From assembly GCA_000388065.2 (NCBI GenBank), contig KB932204.1: DNA of 64,000 bases; one strand, given 5' to 3'. Source of the stretch: Fonticula alba ATCC 38817 (Eukaryota; Protista; Nucleariida). The notes beneath the pieces are model-generated. The model was not told the origin of the DNA. It did no database searches and saw only the letters and a list, made by a program, of their open reading frames with translations. Positions 59,684 through 64,000 of this stretch are shown here, in pieces. A program made the translations under genes and the position numbers. The first letter of the stretch is position 1. Every line of letters begins with the position of its first letter.

Positions 59684-62600
59684 ATGGAAATCGCCATGGA
59701 TCAAGCCGTGGCAGCGGCGATGCCCGCTAGCACGGCGACCGATGTGTCACCCTTCATCGGGATTTTGCTGGCGGTCAATGAGCGCGCCGGGCACAAGCTG
59801 ACTTTTGCATACCCCCCGGCGCCCGGGTTCGTCGTGCCGGCAGATCTAGATGAAGCACACCCGGGCGCCGCCGGCACAGGTAGCCCCCCCGGGCCCAAGG
59901 GCGATCTCGGCCTCGGCTCCGATCTGCCGATTGACTTGGCCGGCTTTGAGCCCTTCATCGCGGCATCGGACTTCCGCCCGGGGCTTGGAGACTATGCCGA
60001 ACACTTCCTTTCGGAGGCCGATTTGACTGAAGGCGGCTCCGACCGGTCGGGCCTCGAGTCAGGGGGTGGGTCTTCGGACTCGGGCGCCGGTGCGCCTGCC
60101 TCATCTCACCAGCCCCCTCATGGGGAGGTTGCCACGCTGCCATCCACCGTCGCCCTTGCCTTCCCTCTCCTCACCTTGCCCCCACCCCCCCTCCCTCCTT
60201 GGGGCATCGGCCTTCCCAGCACATGTCGCCCCGTCACAGTGGTCCGTCTGTCCGTTGCATGAAACGCCGGATCCCTTGCACATGTGTGACATGTGTGCCG
60301 GGGTCGTCGGTGCCAGCACTTCCTCTCCCGGGAGCCCTACTTCCCAGCCGGCATCCGGCACCACGGCTGCCCTTGGATCGACGATGCCGAGTGCCAGTAC
60401 CACCGGCTCCAGCACGCCCGGCACCGCACCACCCGGGCCGGTCTCCACCGGTAGTGGCGGCAGCGGTAGCAGTGCGCCGGCGACCACCGGCGGCGGCCCA
60501 TCTTCCAGCTCCACCAGCAGCACCCTAACTCGGGCACAGGCTTTTGGCGGCCATCTTTTCGGCATCGACATTCACTATCTCTCGGATCTGCTGACTCCCC
60601 GGCGGGCAAGCTGCAACAAGCGCTTTGAGCTGGGTGTTGATGATGTTCTCTTCATCGGCCACCCGATCGAGGTGCATCCGGGCCCGGGGTCCAGGGCCCT
60701 CGGCACCGAGTCCGGCCCGAGTCTTGAATCGCGCACCGGGCTCTACCTGTCCGAGTCCTTTTCTTCCGGAGCCGGTGGAGGGACCGGCCTGGCCGGGGCT
60801 GGCACTGGCATCGGGACCGGAGGGCCGGCGCTCGCCACCGGTATCAGCAACGGCGGCACGGTCAAGGCCACCGGTTCGCCGCATCTGCACCATGAAGATG
60901 CTCAGGATGCTGGCCGGGCATCCGAGCTCCAGCTCTTCCACGTCGTGCTTGTGGCCCGTCGGTCGGCCTCGCGGTCGGTGGTCGATCGGGCATATGATCT
61001 GGTTGTGCGCCGGGCAGCCAACATCCTGGCCCGGGAGCAATCGCGCACCGGATATGTCACCCGTGAGTGCTCCCTCTTGGCGGACACGGTGGCTAAGTAT
61101 CAGGGTGGCACGCCGGCCGGGGGAATGCAATCGATCGAGTCGGCCGTCATGCGGGAAATCCTTCGCCGGAGCGACTTGGCCCGCGGGCTGGCGCGAATGT
61201 TCGACTGCCTCGGGGATCGACGCCCGCTGGGCGGTGCCCAGGTGCCCAGGGCCCTGTCAGGCCGCGAGCATGAATCCCACTCGCTGCCGGTGCCGACCTT
61301 TCGCGAGGTTACATTCAATCGGTGGATTCGCCTGCCGGTTCCGACCGCCACGACGATCCTGCGGCCGCCTGTCATCGGCACCGAGGCGGCCGTCGGGGCT
61401 GACTCCGCGGGCCAGTTGGAGGACGATTTGGATTCGGTGTCGGTGGCCATCCGCCCATTTCACACGTTGCTGCTGACATGCCAAATTGGCGAGGATGTCC
61501 AATCAAATCACCAGGCAAATGCGCTTGGCGCCCGGAAGGGCCGTCACCTGTCTGGGCATTTCAATGCCTTCGAACTGTCGGAGCTCCTGCACGTGAACTC
61601 CGACTCGGACGAGGAACTCCCCGAGGAGGCCGACCACGAGCCGGCTCGGCGACCGCGCATGACGCACAAACAGCGTGTCCTTGCGGCCCTGCCTGGGGGG
61701 TTTTCCTCCCTCCTGCGTGAGCTGGTCATCGCATCCGATCCCTTCACCTGGTGCGCTTTTGGTCAGATCACCGGGCACCCTCGTTTGGCTTTGCGTGTTC
61801 TCTCCCGCCCCGGTGCCCTCGCTGCGCACTCACATGCCCATTCAAATGCCTCCAACACACACACACACACACACACACATCTATATTTATCTTTATTTTT
61901 GTACCTATCCGCGTGCATACTTGGGCTGCCCAGCTTTTCCGACCTCCAGGCCGGCCTCTGTGTGCCGGATCTCCCGGGGGTTGGGTCGGTTCCAGCGGCA
62001 CTGACAGCCGCCGCAAGACACCTGGTTTCCTGGGGCCTGGCCGTCGTGTGCTATCCTCCGCGGGGGTTTTCGCGCTTCCTCCCGCGCGTGGTCCCCGAGA
62101 CATGGGCCCTTGCCCAGCGGGAGTACGCCGAGCGCTTTGGCCATCGGTGGGACTCAAGTCCGATCGGAGCCGGGCGCTGGCTCGGTGACCTCGCCCACCT
62201 ACTTGGGCTTTTTGCCCGCGGTGCCCCCTTGCAGGAGGTCATGACCATGGCGACAGCCGGCTTGAAGCATCCGGGCCAGGGCCGGGGCTCTCTCCTTCGG
62301 CGGCTTGTGTGGTTGCTCCGGCGCGGGCTGGTGGAGGAATTGCACGTCTTTCCGAGGCTCCTTCCTCCCTTTGCCCCGGTCGGCTTGGCTCCCGGGGTTG
62401 CGATGCCACTGGCGGCGGAGCGTTTTGCCCGCGCGACGCAGCTGCTACGCGATGCCCTGGCTCGGCCGGTGGCCGGTCCGGCTTCGAGCTCGTTGCCGAT
62501 GTTGGCACCGGCATTCCCCATGCCAGCGGGGCTTGCTGTACATGGTACCCCCGGACCGGCCTTCTCCCCGCTCGGGTCACTCGATGGGAGCCTGGGGAAT

Positions 62601-63732
62601 TTTGGGATGATGGACTTTTCGTCCCTTGCCCCGGGGCTCTTTTCGCCCTTGGGCGTGGCCGGCGAGGCCATGCCGATGCCGATGCCGATGCCGATGCCGA
62701 TGCCGATGGATTGGGCCGCCTCGATGGCGGCACTGATGCCTCTCCAACTACAAGCCATGCCTCCGACGGCCCATGCGCTGGGATTGCCGCTGCCAGAGCA
62801 GCTACCCGTGGAACAGCTGTCCTTGGAGTCTGTGCCACAGCAGCCCCGCCACCATGCCCATCAGCAGCTTTCGTCGCAACACCACCAGTATCCACTTGGA
62901 CTGTCCTGGGGCGAGGGCGACAGCCAGGGCTTCTTGGCGGCCGGGCTGGAATCGCACGCTCCCCTGGATGAGACTGACCTTCTCCGGGCATCGGGAGCCG
63001 GTGGCCCGGGTCTCACGTCGCACGAGGGCCACCCAGCCGGCGGAGGGGCTCATGCACCGCGAGGTCGTGCGGCAGTGGCGGCGGCGTATGCCGCGGCGGC
63101 CGCGGCCGAAGCAGCCTCCGGCGCCCCCTCGCCACACATGGTGGCCTCCAATGCTGACGATGTGCCGGCCGGCCATCGTCACTCGCTGGAGGACGATCTG
63201 CACCATGGGTCCGGGGGCCCGGTGGGTGGCCTTCATGCGACTCCGCCGGCGCTCGGGCGCTTTGAGGCGCCGCCCGGGTCGGAAGCGCTCGACCCGCTGC
63301 ACTCGGGATGCCATCTCCTTTCGGAACGCGATGAGCGCTATTGCTTCCTGCTGAAACTGTGCGTCCTCCTCCCTCTTGCTCGGCCATCTTTGCTCCCCCT
63401 CCTGCCCTCTGATGCTCTGGCGGAATCTTGCCACCAAACGATGGTTCAAATTGTAACATATGCCCTTTGGCTGGGGACGCCTCCCTTGTTTATTGCTTTG
63501 CTTTCCTCCCTCCCTCCCTCCTTGTTGATCCCCTCTTCGACCTCGCGCCAGGATCTGGCCCCTGCTTGATGGTGAGCATACTCTGCATGCGATCTGTTGG
63601 CACCTGCAGCAGCTCGGCGAACTCAGCCCGACCGTGGTCCCAGGCCGGAGGACAAACACACCGGACGATGTGTATCACCTGCTGGGGCTGTTGCGTGATG
63701 TGGGGGTGTGCGTGTCCTTGATTTCCCCGTGA
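59684..63732 (+). CDS. NPR3: Nitrogen permease regulator 3 (GATOR1/SEACIT subunit NPR3/NPRL3), multi-exon
   Basis: FIGILLAVNERAGHKLTFAYP (cf. [20 protein letters not shown]); LSDLLTPRRASCNKRFELGVDDVLFIGHP (cf. [29 protein letters not shown]); EQSRTGYV; SDLARGLARMFD; IRPFHTLLL; ARHLVSWGLAVVCYP. Last intron 63359-63551 gives LLKL|IWPLLDGEHTLHAI…SLISP*, stop TGA 63730-63732. Confidence 0.9.
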
Positions 63733-64000
63733 TCTTGTAAGAATGTAAAGCTGGCCTCTGCCGTTCCAGCCACGTTCGAGGCGCGGGCGGCGGTGGTGGA
63801 GAAACGGAGCGCAACGTGTCTGGCGTGTGTCTGGGCCCCCGAGCATGCATCGCTTGTCAGGCAGCCTGTTGAGCGTGGCCTTGTCAGCACGAACGGACAG
63901 TCGGGAGCGGCAAAGGGAGGATCCCGGCGCGTGTGGGCGGGGGGGGGGGGGGGGGGGGTGTAGGGAAGAACATGCTCCTCTGGCCCGCTCTCCCCCCGCG

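Noticed and set aside
175-63890. Hundreds of long overlapping ORFs in the six-frame track (e.g. 5503-8337 +, 17894-20689 -, 50791-52365 +, 52774-54504 +)
   Set aside because: They are shadow frames of real GC-rich genes. They are Arg/Gly/Pro/Ala-rich, lack family motifs and lie antisense or off-frame to recognisable proteins.
1-64000. Transposons, integrases, rRNA or spliceosomal snRNA genes
   Set aside because: I saw no RT, transposase or integrase motifs, no terminal repeats with target-site duplications, and no U1/U2/U5/U6 or rRNA signature sequences by eye.

Overview
This is a GC-rich, intron-rich eukaryotic draft scaffold with several N gaps. The ORF track is mostly shadow frames, so genes were rebuilt by hand from protein motifs and splice sites (donors mostly GTGCGT/GTACGT, CTGAC/CTAAC branch points). 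The style resembles a unicellular opisthokont such as Fonticula; that is an inference, not a database result. Content in order: the 3' end of an upstream gene; a tRNA cluster (one Trp-CCA, four Val-CAC); ATG2 (-); PDS5 (+); an uncharacterised gene with a RarA/MgsA-collar-like motif (+); a GBF1/Gea-type Sec7 ARF-GEF (+); FAB1/PIKfyve (+), whose frame is broken by an Illumina-adapter-linked false duplication; a small AGTRAP-like membrane protein (-); and NPR3/NPRL3 (+). The most striking element is a five-exon gene of about 1569 aa (50029-56156, -). It encodes a signal peptide, an integrin beta-I-like vWA/MIDAS domain, a long stalk of D-x-C-G-x-C cysteine repeats, a Gly/Ala-rich transmembrane helix, and a tail (NNNPLFTSRTTTADNPLFAA) that closely mirrors the integrin beta-2 tail. 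It is a candidate integrin-beta/Sib-like adhesion receptor with an unusual stalk.
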